Assembly: GCF_964204645.1 (NCBI RefSeq)
Contig: NC_134031.1
Location: 2,480,001 to 2,544,000 of the forward strand
DNA from: Tubulanus polymorphus
Lineage: Eukaryota > Animalia > Nemertea
Length of the DNA stretch: 64,000 nucleotides
Direction of reading: 5' to 3'
Shown in pieces: positions 25,901 to 37,872 of this stretch. The notes beneath the pieces were generated by a model. The model was given only the letters and a program-made list of their open reading frames with translations, was not told the origin of the DNA and searched no databases. The position numbers and the translations under genes were made by a program. The first letter of the stretch is position 1. Each line of letters starts with the position of its first letter.

Positions 25901-28900
25901 CAAATTCAGGTAAGTTTCCGGCAGACTCGACCTGGGCTTAATTTTTCCAGTATCCTCGTATTCCGACCATACAAGATTGTTTGTAAGGATAGTAATAATT
26001 GAAGTGAAACTATCCCGACCGGATACGAGAAATCTCCGATTTCACCACCATCAGAATCAAATGCAAACTGGGATTCCAAACTTGATAAGGCAGGATACTA
26101 TCAGTATAGGATCTTGAGTCAAATGTTTCGATATTGATATTTTCTCTTCGACTACTCCATACAAAAAGTCCTCAAATTCTGGAATAATATGATTATGATG
26201 ATGATATAAATCCTGATGTGCATTTTAGTTAGTTAAATAACGTGGTATTTGTATTTGTGATTGTGTGTTTCAGGAGGAAACCGGCGCTAAGATGGTCATG
26301 ATACAAGATTCAAATCAGCAGACTCATTGCGAGAAGCCTCTGCGTATATCCGGAGATATGATTCAATGCGAGGTAATAGTCGTCTGTCGGAACAGTTTTG
26401 ATGCGCGCACAATCTAGAGCCTTCATTTTCTACTCATGAAATGTTACGGTGTAGAAATTGTGCGAAATAAAATCAACGATTCGATGGTTCATCGTTCGGG
26501 GTTTGAACGTCGCGTTTGATTCCAACTGAACCACTGTCGTTACACTCAACAATGCTTCATAGTCGCTATATACAAATGTTTAGACAATCTACGACTCCAT
26601 TATCCCTTGAAAACTCCTTCCCATAGAAAATGCTTACAAAGGTGGTTGTTACTCGCTTCATATGAGCAAAATGCCTGAAACGCTTCAAAATTCCTTTGCT
26701 TTTTAAGAAATAGGCAATTAGAAACGTTTTGTAGTTGTCCAGTAAACTACGCCTTAATTGGTACAGTTGGAACTAGGATCATTTCTTAACCCAATTAGGT
26801 GATTACTGAATTAGTAACAGAGTTTAGGTAGTGTAAAGGATAATAATTGCTAACAAAACCACTGAATTAATGTGTGTGTGCCTTGATAAACGGTACCGTT
26901 ATTGGAGTCTACAGTAATTGGGATATGAAAATGATGCAGACGCTTCCATCAAAATTTGAAATTTTCTCCTTGGAAACTCCTTTGACCTTATATCCAGGAA
27001 TGACTGATCATCTGTCCAGGAACCCTGTAGTAGTTAGAGGAGTCATTCAAAAATTTTTGATAGGCGCGCGCACAATCTAGAGCCTTCGTTTTCTACCCAT
27101 AGAATGTTACGGTGTAGAAATTGTGCGAAATGAAATCAACGATTTGATGATTATCCTTCCGGAGTTTAAACGATGCGTTTAATTTCCGCTGAATCGTCGT
27201 CGTTACACTCAATGCTTGATAGCGTTATAAACTGGGTTCTTACGGTTTTCTATTCGGAAATTATATTTTCTTTTTACCGGTAGATAAAAAATCAGAGAAT
27301 GTCCCGAAATAATATAGCAAACTTTATGAAAACACTTTGTTTGCCTGTTCTATGTTGGCGATGTGTAACTTAGGGGTGTAGAAGATTCATAATCTGGGTG
27401 AATGAAAGTAATAAAAAATGGAATTGGGAAACCCATAAGAACTCTGTACAGATGTTAAGACCATAGCGTGAAATGTTTCTAATGTATGTTCGTGTTTTTC
27501 GCTTTAACAGAGAGCTAAAGAACGCGTGTTGGAGCTTATCACCGATAAAGAGGAGGTATTTTGTGTGTTAATGAAATTTCGGTTGATTTGTTTAAAAAAA
27601 AGTATTGCACCTTTTTATTTTAAATTCTGTTCATTTCAGCATATGCATAAAGCTGGTAGTTACGGCAGTATGGGAAACAATAAACGAGATGTAAGTTATA
27701 TGTTTTTTAAATAAAAAATCTGTCGATATTTCAAATGTTGCTACCGATTGATTATTGCTCTTTTCGTATTTGTGCGGGAGTACACCTGAGACATTATTTT
27801 AATCGAAAATTTCAGATCACGGTTCCAAAAAATTGCGTCGGCCACATTATCGGTAAAAAAGGTGACATGATTAAGAAAATTCAAGAGGAGACCGGAGCGA
27901 AGGTTCAATTCAAGCAAGGTAATTAATGATTTCAACTTAAAACTCGGGGCCAACTGTTTGAAAGCAAGTAAAGTATCAGATAGATGCAGTTTTGATACAG
28001 TCGTGTAGCAAATCCCAAAAATATTGAAAAAGGTTTATTATTTGACATTGACTTCTACATCCTAATGGTCATCTCAGAAATAAACTTCGAATAAACTTTT
28101 CCTGAAGATGACTACCCGGTACTAGGTTATAGTCGAAATTTCATAAAATAGATCATAACCGAAGAAACCTTTTCAAGCACTTTTCCGAGTGATGGTTATT
28201 ATATTGAATCGTAATATATATTTGAATCGTCAGTTAATCACTGGTCAACTGATGTCACAACTGTAGAGATAGATGTTGTACTAATGGCATTGTTTCTTGT
28301 AATTTAGATGATTATTACTGTGAAGACCCTCACATGAATGACGAACGAACGTGTTGTATATCTGGTTCTAGTCAAGCTGTAGAATGCGCTGTCGCTGCTG
28401 TCTATGAACTCATCGAACAGGTTAGTGCGTTTGAAAGTGATGCAAATGCTTACTCAAAAATTTAAAATTTTCTCCTTTAAAACTCTACACCGGAAATGAC
28501 TGGTCTGTATGAAACGTTACTATGATAACTCGGTTAAATTTGTCTTGTAGAAACAGCGTCAAGCGGAGATGTACGGTAATCGTGACGGCGATATGATGGG
28601 TAATCGCGGTGGACGCGGTGAACGAGGCAGTCGATTCTCGGACGGAGGCCAGTCGCGAGGCGGTCCGAATGGATACGGCGGTTCGGGAGATGAATCCGGA
28701 GAAGGTTTGACGGAGACGACGTTCTCGGTTCCGTTCGATAAATGCGGTTTGGTCATCGGAAAAGGTAAGAGACATTTTCAGGCCTTCAGGTCAAACTACT
28801 TAATAGAGACAAATTTATTGTCTAATGTGCCTTGAAAATGCTTATTTCTGCCGCTAGACGCACATAAGTACTTTCAATTAATAAGGAGGCATTATTCCAT

Positions 28901-31151
28901 TTCCTTTATTTGTTTGATCAATTATTGATTCAAAAGTTTAAACGAATGACTCACACATTTATCCTCCCTTGACTGGTATTTGTACATGCTGGTATGGATC
29001 CTGCCATGGCACGAAACCCAGTGCGCAGATTAACCATGAATACATGCTGTACCGATCAGATTGCATACTTATTTAATTGCTGTTTCTGTTTATTTCGTTA
29101 GGCGGTGAAAATATTCGTTTTATCAACAACTCCTCGCATGCGCACGTCGAACTACAGAAAATACCGCCGCCTGACGCTAGCGTAAAAGTGTTCAACGTAA
29201 GAGGAACCCCGAAACAAATTCAACACGCCGTGGAAATTATCTGCGAAAAAGCCGGCCTGGTGAGTTATAAATCAGGGGTTAGAATGGGACATGTGAATTA
29301 TATCAGAGGGCTGCACGATGTCTGAAAATGTTTTTAAAAAGGAATTCAAGAAAAATGTCTCAAAGTTTTTTCGATGTGGATGTTGTTCCTGCGTAATCGT
29401 TTCTGCTTGGTTTCATTGTCTCCTCGTGAGATGTTGAAGTTCACAAGCTGCTAATTTGCGCGGATAGAAACGCGAGATTAATTTTAGGCCTTGTCAGTCG
29501 CCGTTGACGGGTTAATTAGTGCACCTCGCTACAAAACTTTTAAAACATGCACGTGGAAAATTCAGTTAAAATTTTAGACTAGGTGAATCGTGGAAAAGCC
29601 GAGTCGATCACTGGATGAGGATTTCTTAGCTCAGCTGCACAGTTATGACTTCAGTCTTAAGACCGGTCTTAAACTTGCCACACAATTCATTCATAGTTTT
29701 ACATATTTTATTAACCATATGAAATTGTTGTTTGCTTTCCGTAGCCACATCCAGGACTGGGTCCGCATATGACCCATTGCCAGGGAGGTCCTCATAACGG
29801 AGGCCAATCAGGAGGTGGATTCAACAATTATGGCGGGTAAGTTATCTTCATTTGACGGGGCTTAAACTATTTCATAACAGAGACGTATTTAGGTTTAGTA
29901 TTTAGTTCTGCCATAAATTGATAACATGAATTTTTTTTTGCAGACAACCGCAGAATTCAGGCGGAACCCCTCAGCAGTACACGCCCCAGGGCTGGAATAA
30001 CGTCTATCAACAATGGCAGCAACAGGGCAGTAACGGCGACCCGAGTAAACAGGCCCAGGACGACAACACGGCACGATGGAACGCTTTCTATCAGTACTAC
30101 GGACAACAACCGCAACCAGGACAGGCAGGACAAGCGCCTTCTCAACCGGGACAGTCGCCATCACCAGCAGCTCCAGGTCAGTCAGATTCTGCACTCGTTT
30201 AGGCCTCGCGCATTAGTGACGTAAGACGAGTCAGTGTTCAATCATCGCGACTCGTCAGTCATTCTACGTGTGCTACAACAAGTTAAAGGGAGGATTCGCT
30301 AACGCCAATAAGGGGAGTAATAAACCCCTGATGTTTGGAGTTTGATAGTAGACCTCTCTACAAGTTATAACTTCTAAACCCCCAATTATACAATTTTGAC
30401 CTGGGCCAACCCTGCAAACTTATGATTAGTGGGTCTGCCTGTTTGACACTTGCCAAATAAGGTCCCACCAATGATGTCAGACCAGGCCCATGGCAGATCT
30501 TAGCATGTATCAATTATTTCATATGAATGCTAGATATTTCTGGAAACGTCCTTACTTGCCATAGCATCATTTTGATAGCATTTTAATAATGATTGACTGA
30601 TTTACGTGTTTTGGCATTAAACGGAAGCAAAGTTTGAGGATGGCCAGCTCCCTGGAAATCAAGGAATTTTCTTTTCTTTAAAAAAAGTCAGGGATTATTC
30701 GAGGAGTTTTGTAAAAAAAAAAAAAGTTAGAAGTCAGTGAAATTTGTCGAGATTGCTAGATTGCATGTAACATCAAACTGTTTCCATCTATGTCTTGCTG
30801 TGCTAATTGTTTGGATTCTAAGCAGGTCAAGTATAAGTTGCCACCCTAACGAACGAACTGTCAACGTCTTTGAATGTGAATGCTGTTCTTTTTACAGCTG
30901 TAAATGCAGTGACCGGACAACTAGATTACAGTCAACAGTGGGCCGAATATTACAGATCGCATAACATGCCCGAATACGCGGAAGAGATCCTACGCCAGGC
31001 TGCGAGTCGACAAACCGGACAAGCGCCGATGAATCCTCAAGGGCAGTTCGGACAGGGCAACCAGGGCCAATTCTACGGACAGAATCAATGGGGTGGTAAT
31101 CAGCCGGGACAGTACGGACAGTACAACCAAGGATGGCAACAGGGATCGTGA
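19927..31151 (+). CDS. FUBP1: Far-upstream-element-binding protein (FUBP1/KHSRP/FUBP3/PSI family), four KH domains, ~709 aa, 17 coding exons
   Basis: Exons: 19927-20004, 20557-20644, 20954-20995, 22725-22773, 24356-24561, 25051-25180, 25735-25909, 26274-26372, 27511-27555, 27640-27690, 27816-27918, 28308-28420, 28551-28764, 29102-29259, 29745-29836, 29944-30176, 30898-31151. Total 2130 nt, all GT-AG. N-terminal AFADAVARAKQIAAKI, four KH GxxG loops (GKGG x3, GKKG), and C-terminal Tyr-rich motifs WNAFYQYY and DYSQQWAEYYR. Confidence 0.93.
22007..22203. mobile_element. Hairpin MITE in FUBP intron 3, with a near-perfect inner stem at 22072-22158
   Basis: ACAGATTCTTCTCTGGGATAA...TTATCCCAGGGAAGAATCTGT inner arms; outer ends CAGTGGACTCA...TGAGTCTAC. 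Confidence 0.7.
24039..24145. mobile_element. PIF/Harbinger-like MITE
   Basis: Perfect 20-bp TIR GGCCCAGTTTCACAAAAAGG...CCTTTTTGTGAAACTGGGCC with CAG TSD. Confidence 0.85.
24738..25350 (+). repeat. ~130-bp direct repeat pair (24738-24868 and 25221-25349) flanking FUBP exon 6
   Basis: GCATCA.TTGTACCTCATACT...GGTTTTAAGGCTTAG is present twice at high identity. Confidence 0.85.
26403..27222 (+). repeat. ~160-bp direct repeat pair (26403-26561 and 27066-27222) in FUBP intron 8; the intervening 26890-27020 also matches 41788-41910
   Basis: GCGCGCACAATCTAGAGCCTTC... occurs twice. CTACAGTAATTGGGATATGAAA...TTTGAAATTTTCTCCT is shared with the DUF3715 gene 3' region. Confidence 0.8.
28097..28148 (+). 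ncRNA. Minimal hammerhead-ribozyme-like core (Penelope-type) in FUBP intron 11
   Basis: CTGAAGA (28102) - T - GACTA...TAGTC stem II - GAAA-TTTC. Stem I is weak. Confidence 0.45.
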
Positions 31152-31316
31152 GTTAAACAGGTATTTATTTATAATACGTATATATATATATATATACGTG
31201 TAACGTGATCTTAAACGATGTTTATTAGACAGGGCGGTTAAGGGCTAGAGGGTCGCCGCGGAAGGTGAGTATTCGGGATATGAATGTCTAATATAAACGG
31301 GCGTTTTGATTTTCAG

Positions 31317-34300
31317 GCTCGCGTATCGTCACTCATCACTTGATGACGGTCGACACCACCTCAGTCTCTGACGCGCTCCAAACACATGTTTCTTTTCTAT
31401 TGTTTTTCGCAGGTTGTGCATTTGATGAAGACACTTGTATTCATGTTGCCGATATGTAGTAGTGTGTACTCTATCTCTCTCTCTATTATATATATATATA
31501 TATATGAATATAAATATATATATACAATGCGTGTGTTATCTCGTGTCGAGGTGACCGCCATCTAGAACCATTCATTCATTCACAGTTAAAATCGATCGAA
31601 CTATTTGAACTATCGACGGGAATATTAGCAAAAAAAGTAACCGTGAAATTTCGTTCACCGGGCGCGGCTTGAACAACGACAATTTCAGTGCGCTTCGATG
31701 AGATACCGATTCACCAGGTGTCGCTAGTGGTTACTCGGATACCCGCGTTTCGATTTCCTTCACATTTCGTTTAGATTGATATCAATTATCTGTGAAATCT
31801 ATACTGGTAATGGGAACTGATTAATCGTTCTCAATTCATCGAAAATGAAAATGAAAATGTCACGTCATCTGGTGAGCACCGCCGGTACCTCATTGAAAAT
31901 GTGTATCATCGAAATACTACGGCGGAGATTGTCGCTGTTCGGCGAAGGAAAAAGAAGGTTTTATTATAAGTAACTGCTATATTTGAATATCAGATCTGTA
32001 TCATTTGTTGTTAGTCGCAATTTTCCATTTTTCGTTTCGAAATAGATCAAATATGTTCGTATGAAAATATGATCATTGGTTGCTTGGTACGTTCGTAGAC
32101 AATATTCGTTGACCAAAAGAAAACAAAAAACTGCGTCTCATAGCGGGTTTTTCTCCTGTTTTTTTTTTGTTTTTTTTTTTCGACGCAAAGATATTTAAAA
32201 ATTTAAAGGTATTTTTTGTACTTTTTCGGGGAAATGAAAAAAATAAAATCATTCGTCATCGCCTGTTTTTTTAAAGCTGCCTGTTTTACGTCTAATGATT
32301 GTCTCTCTCTCTCTCTTTCTTTCTCACTCTCTCTTCGTTGATGATTTATGAATTGATCCTGTGCATATCGTGCGAAGTTTTTGCTCTCGTTCGAATTATT
32401 TTTCGCCCAATGATGATTGATTGAAAAAATGCCTTGCCTTCCAGCAGTTGTCATCATTTTCATCCTGGTGGTGAATCCATGCCTGCATTCAGTCAGTATT
32501 CGTTCATTTTCATCGTAGTTTTCGTTCATGAATATATATATATATATTTTTTCCCGTCACGCCCCGTGTCCCTCATATCGACCAGGTTTATTCAAATAAC
32601 ATCCATACATGTCTATGATTATGATAATGATTCTCCATGTTTTATTTATATATGTATATTGCTGTGATATCTGGTAGAATTTGATAGTATATTCCCTATT
32701 TAAATGATATCCCTTGCATTGATAATTGATGTTGAATAAAATGCTATTTTCATCACTCTCCGTTATGAGATCCCCGGCGGCCGCTGGTCCTAATGCGGTT
32801 ATCACTTATCCGTATGTAGATAGGGGTCGACCTACACAGACATACCAGTGCTATGGCGACCTGTGCTGCTAGCTACCTACAACAGTCGTCTTGTGTTTAT
32901 GAAGAGGGCAAGTATCTGGCCTATACGTCATAGGTTAGTTGAACTCTGCTTCCAACTTCACATTTGAGGCATTCTCTGAAAGCAAAACAAATGACACTGC
33001 CTCTTCTAATCCATTTGTTTCACTCGTATATATGTATATTTTTACACTGTCTTGAATTGATTTGAATTGTCCATGATTTTTTTTTTTTGTATACCTGATA
33101 TATATTATATATACATGTATGTACGACCATTGTCTCTTTTGAATACGAACTTGAATATCGAATCGATCTGACGCTGATGATGTCCTTCTTACTATTTGAA
33201 ACCTGTATTTGCGATATGATTACCTGTGACCTGTTGAATTTATTATTCACATTATGCTCGCTCTCACATGCTAATATTAATGATATATCGATATATTTAA
33301 AACGCTAACTTTTGACGAATGACCATTTCGCTTCATACTATATATAATAGATGTATGTTTGTTGACCTGTATATATATTACATGCTATCAAGAATTTCAT
33401 TCATTTTTGCCCAACTGTTTAATATTCGTCCACGCATTCTCAGCTTGGAAAAAGCTCTGTTTGAATAATATGTCCTTCGCTCCATGACTTGAAATACATG
33501 ATGATTCTAATATCATTCCAAAGTGTAGATGATTATATATTTTACCCTCCCGAACCCCCCATTGAACTCTCGATATTATTCTTGCTCTGTTATTATCATC
33601 ATTATTATTATTACCATTCGCACCACTTGTTTTTTCTCTTCTTGATTATGACTTGTAATGCTAGGTTACGGTAGTGGCTTGGATGGTCGGATTCCTATAA
33701 CTTCCCCAGCTACTGGACAGCCTGTCGGTTTCACCTGGTGAAGATTCCTCATTTGTCTTCTAGCATCTGTGTCCGTTTGTGTGTGTGACTCTAGCAGAGC
33801 TGTCAACCCGGTTGACAGCCTCGGTCTCTCACTCTCTTCAGATCCAATCCCTTTTCCAAACATTATCAATTCATTTCTGATCTCGCGTATCAGAGAAGGA
33901 CGTCTCTGCGGTTGTCAGCTCTCGTTTGTATCAAATGAATGACGTTGTCTTCTCTTCAAAAACTCCCATTTTGACTGATGATGATGATGCGATTGTTTAC
34001 TTACTCCTCCCTACAGCAGCTAGGATATCATGCTGCCTTGTACTTTTCAAATGTACTCGTTGACTTGTGTAGCCATAAACCCAGGCCGTGTCAATCATTG
34101 GTGAGCTTCAAAAGCTCTCGATGAAGTGGCGATGTTTAGCGTTTGAGTCCCGATCCACATTATCGCTATATTCTTTTCATTAAACAACAACCACTTGAAG
34201 ATTTGGCAAATTTACTATCGATCCATGGTCCCGTATAAATCTTGTAACTTCGGCAGAACGTTGGCACCGGTCGGGGTTTACGGTGTTTGTTCTCCTAAGT

Positions 34301-36302
34301 TTCGACTGCGTATGATTCTGTTCTTCCATATGTTTTGATTATGCCGTTTTCGAAAAACAGGTCTTACTAGCGTTGGCTCATCCGTGAGGTGATGACTTGA
34401 TCTGAAGAAGGCGTTTTTTAAGATGGCGTTCGACATCAATCCCTCGGATAAACAACGTATATATTTTACCATGTAGATTTTCTCATTAGGCAGGCGGTGT
34501 ATTTTAGTATTTTGATATTTGTTGTCGTTTTTCATTTCTGCCAAACTGACAAATTATTGATGAACGGATCAAAATGTGAAATGGAAAAAAAACTAGTCAA
34601 ACTTGGGGTCTTTTTTAAACTGTTTTTGTAACCGGAATTCGAACTTGAATATGATGATATGATATGGTATTTTTGTTAGTTGTTGTTATAAATCGGTATA
34701 TTGCGCGCACTTTGACAAAAACTATGACGATAAATTGAGAAAAATGTTCTCGCTGTTTTTGTACTGTTTAACGTATAGGCGACCGAAAAAAGGTAATTGA
34801 AAATGATTATCGAATATTGAAATAATGTCGACGACGAAATTTTTAATCCGGCGAGCTTTCTCTTTGCTTCTCAGTTGCTTGCTTCTAATATTTTTTTCGT
34901 AAAATGTCACCACCACAAACGGTAAACGATAACGATGTATTTGTTGTTCATAAATTAAATGAAAAATAAAAACCACAGGGATTGTTTTTTCATATATGCA
35001 TGATAACGTTGATGATCATATTCTTGCCAGGTTCACTATACGATAATTGATGATATATATTTGAATATGATATGATATGATATGATATGATATATATATA
35101 TATACTTGCGTTGCCTCTATTTGTGTTGCCATGATGTACGTTTTGTCGTTTTCTAAACAGGCATACTTTAAATATGGGAACAAACAAGTCGAGGTAAGGC
35201 CGAGTGGTAAGTCAATTCTATGAATTGATCATTGATCCGCAAATATTGCTTACCTGTATTGAATGATGATATATGATATTATTGACTTGGCATCTATATT
35301 GATGGTACATGTATATTGATCCTAATCACACACGTTTAACTCGTCTTAATCGGACGAATTTTCTCTCAATTTGTCGCCTCTTGAATATTAATCGGATGAA
35401 AATGAAAACGATATTTTTTAATGATAATGATGAATGATTATTGTGCTCACTCGTAAACTGATGATAATCGCGCGTTTTAAAAAATGATATCACAATTTCT
35501 GCAACTGTATTTCTATTATGATTATTATTATTATTATGAACATGTTTATCGATTGACACGATCAACAAAAACGTTTTAATGCATTTGTCCACCAGGGGGT
35601 TAGGTGTTCGACTGGCTTTCATGAATTGCGAGGAATATTTTTCTTCTAGTATTTTTTTTTTTTTTGTGTACGTACCAAGCAGGAAATAAAGAGCAGACTT
35701 TTTCGTAACATTTGTGAATATATATATATATATGCATTAAGAACTTATATCTATCCGTACAGCGAAATGCTTAATGGTTGAATATTAGTAAAATATACCT
35801 TGTCGTTAACTAAAAGAAAAAAAAACTGGTGCCGCTTAGATGGATAGATGGAGATACGAACGCGCATGCGCGGAAAAAATCCGGCTTTTGTAAATAGGCG
35901 TCTTGTTTAATCGTGTTGGTTCTCTTTTTAAGTATCGAAATCATAATCTAGGGATAGTTGTTTTGTTAGATGTAAAAACAATGCAATAATTAACTAAACA
36001 GAACAGTGGAGACAATAGCTGGCAGCTGTCGCGGATCAGATTCTATTTACCGGGTAATAATAGTTGATGATTTGCGCGTTTCGGTTGATAATTATTCATT
36101 GCGTCTTCGTATATTGCTCGGAAGAAGTGTTTTTATTGCTTTGAAGATGGAATTGAATATAGAAAAAGAAACTACTAAATACTGATAATTAATAATGCAT
36201 TGTATGGTATATGTATTAACACTGCTGTGTGTATATAGTTTGTTTTCGTTCAACTGTATCTGAAACGTATCTTAATTTTTTGGTGTCATTAAAAAGAATA
36301 AA
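31317..36302 (+). other. Probable long (~5 kb) FUBP 3'UTR following a 3'UTR intron (31161-31316)
   Basis: Donor CAG|GTATTT 9 nt after the stop and acceptor tttcag at 31316. U-rich sense strand with no recognisable MITEs. AATAAA at 34966, 35685 and 36297. Confidence 0.45.
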
Positions 36303-37872
36303 CTTCATCTTGATTGTGTATGTTTCGTGTTAAGAGTTTGTTTGTTATTCTGGGAGTGTTGCTGACTGTGGTTAGAATCTTCTTTCCCTTTGATGTCGAT
36401 CTTACATTGCATCAGTCTCGAGAGGAAGCCAGTAGATGACACCCCCAGATGAGAGGGGTCTACAATACCAAATGAATATACGATGATAAATGTCCCTACA
36501 AACCGAACAAGAAATTGTCCATGCGTTGAGCAGTGAAAAGATGCGCACATGTACCAGCAGGTAATGTTGGTACGCGTTGAGGATATTTACTTTGCCTCAG
36601 TGCAGGAGGTGTTCCGCACAGCGATTGATAATTGGTGGATAACACAACGTAGATATCAAGAGGCTGTCATATATGTCACCATCGCGTTTGCCAAACTGAT
36701 ATAAAGCGAGCGAGTTTTGCTTGTGATGGAATTCCTGTCTGGACAAACTGCTTAGACTGAAATCCAATTGGTTATAGTGGCAGCCGGTCGGCATTGATAC
36801 CGAGAAAGAATAATTTAAATTTGATGCTAGGATAATTTTGAGGATTAGAGGTCATTAGAATATTGGACTCTATAGTTATTCGTAAAGGACGTGTACCCGA
36901 CGCTTGCGGGTTTGACTTTACTTAAAAACTGTTTTCGTCGGTAAATAGCATTACGTGATTAAGGAGTTACGCACCCGCTGTAATCAAACCGTATTTCTAC
37001 AAACTGCGAAAAATTTCGCCGATTTTCAGGCATTAGACGGTAAGTTTACGGGACTTAATATCAATTTATGCATATTTCAGCATCAGCTTATTACAACTGA
37101 TAATACACAAGTGAGATATTCGGTAGCAAAGAGTGGTGATATGAGTAAATTGCAAATATCTGATAGTAGTCACTTGCCAGGGCCCAGGGGCGCTTTTTGC
37201 CAATCGGCACAGAGTGTTCAAATCAAAAAAGATCTTACTCATTATCCTGTGTATCTTAGGATGTCATCTAATGTGTATGTTAGCTTTGTGTTTGGCCCTC
37301 TGATGTAAGCAGCCCCTGCACGAGTATTATCTAGGATGAGGAGTATATTTCACTAGTAGGATTCGAACCCACGACAACTCGTCGCTCGGTTGTGAGTCAA
37401 ACATCTTATTTACCAAGCCACTGAGACGAGACAAAGTTGGTAAATGTTAAATCTTATGTAAACGAGTCGTAAACAAAAGGGCAGCTTTTTCAACTGTAAT
37501 ATTTTCAAATTAGGTCTGATGGGCAAAAGGGCGAGGGTTAAAGAGATTTAATATTTTAAAAGCTGTAAGCTGTAAGTAAGTTGTGGGTCTAAAATCCGGT
37601 CCAGTTGTAGAATGCTACACTTAGTATGGAGGTCAAGTGTTTGAATCCTGATATTTGTGATATTTCTCAGAATTTTCTAAGTCCATTAAAATTGTGCAAC
37701 GAGTCAGTTATAGGTTCTAACATCATCTACCCTGTAAGATGTTAAATGGCAGATATCTTATTTCTAATCTTTTTCTTTTCTCCTCTGTTCACTGCAGCAC
37801 AGGTTGAGGTTATATTATATCGTCAGCTGTTCGCACTGTTTTTTAATACCTGCTGCTGACCATAGAGACAAA

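Noticed and set aside
36305-36830. Exon-like, GC-richer stretch with splice-like signals
   Set aside because: Stop codons interrupt the candidate frames and no homology is recognised.
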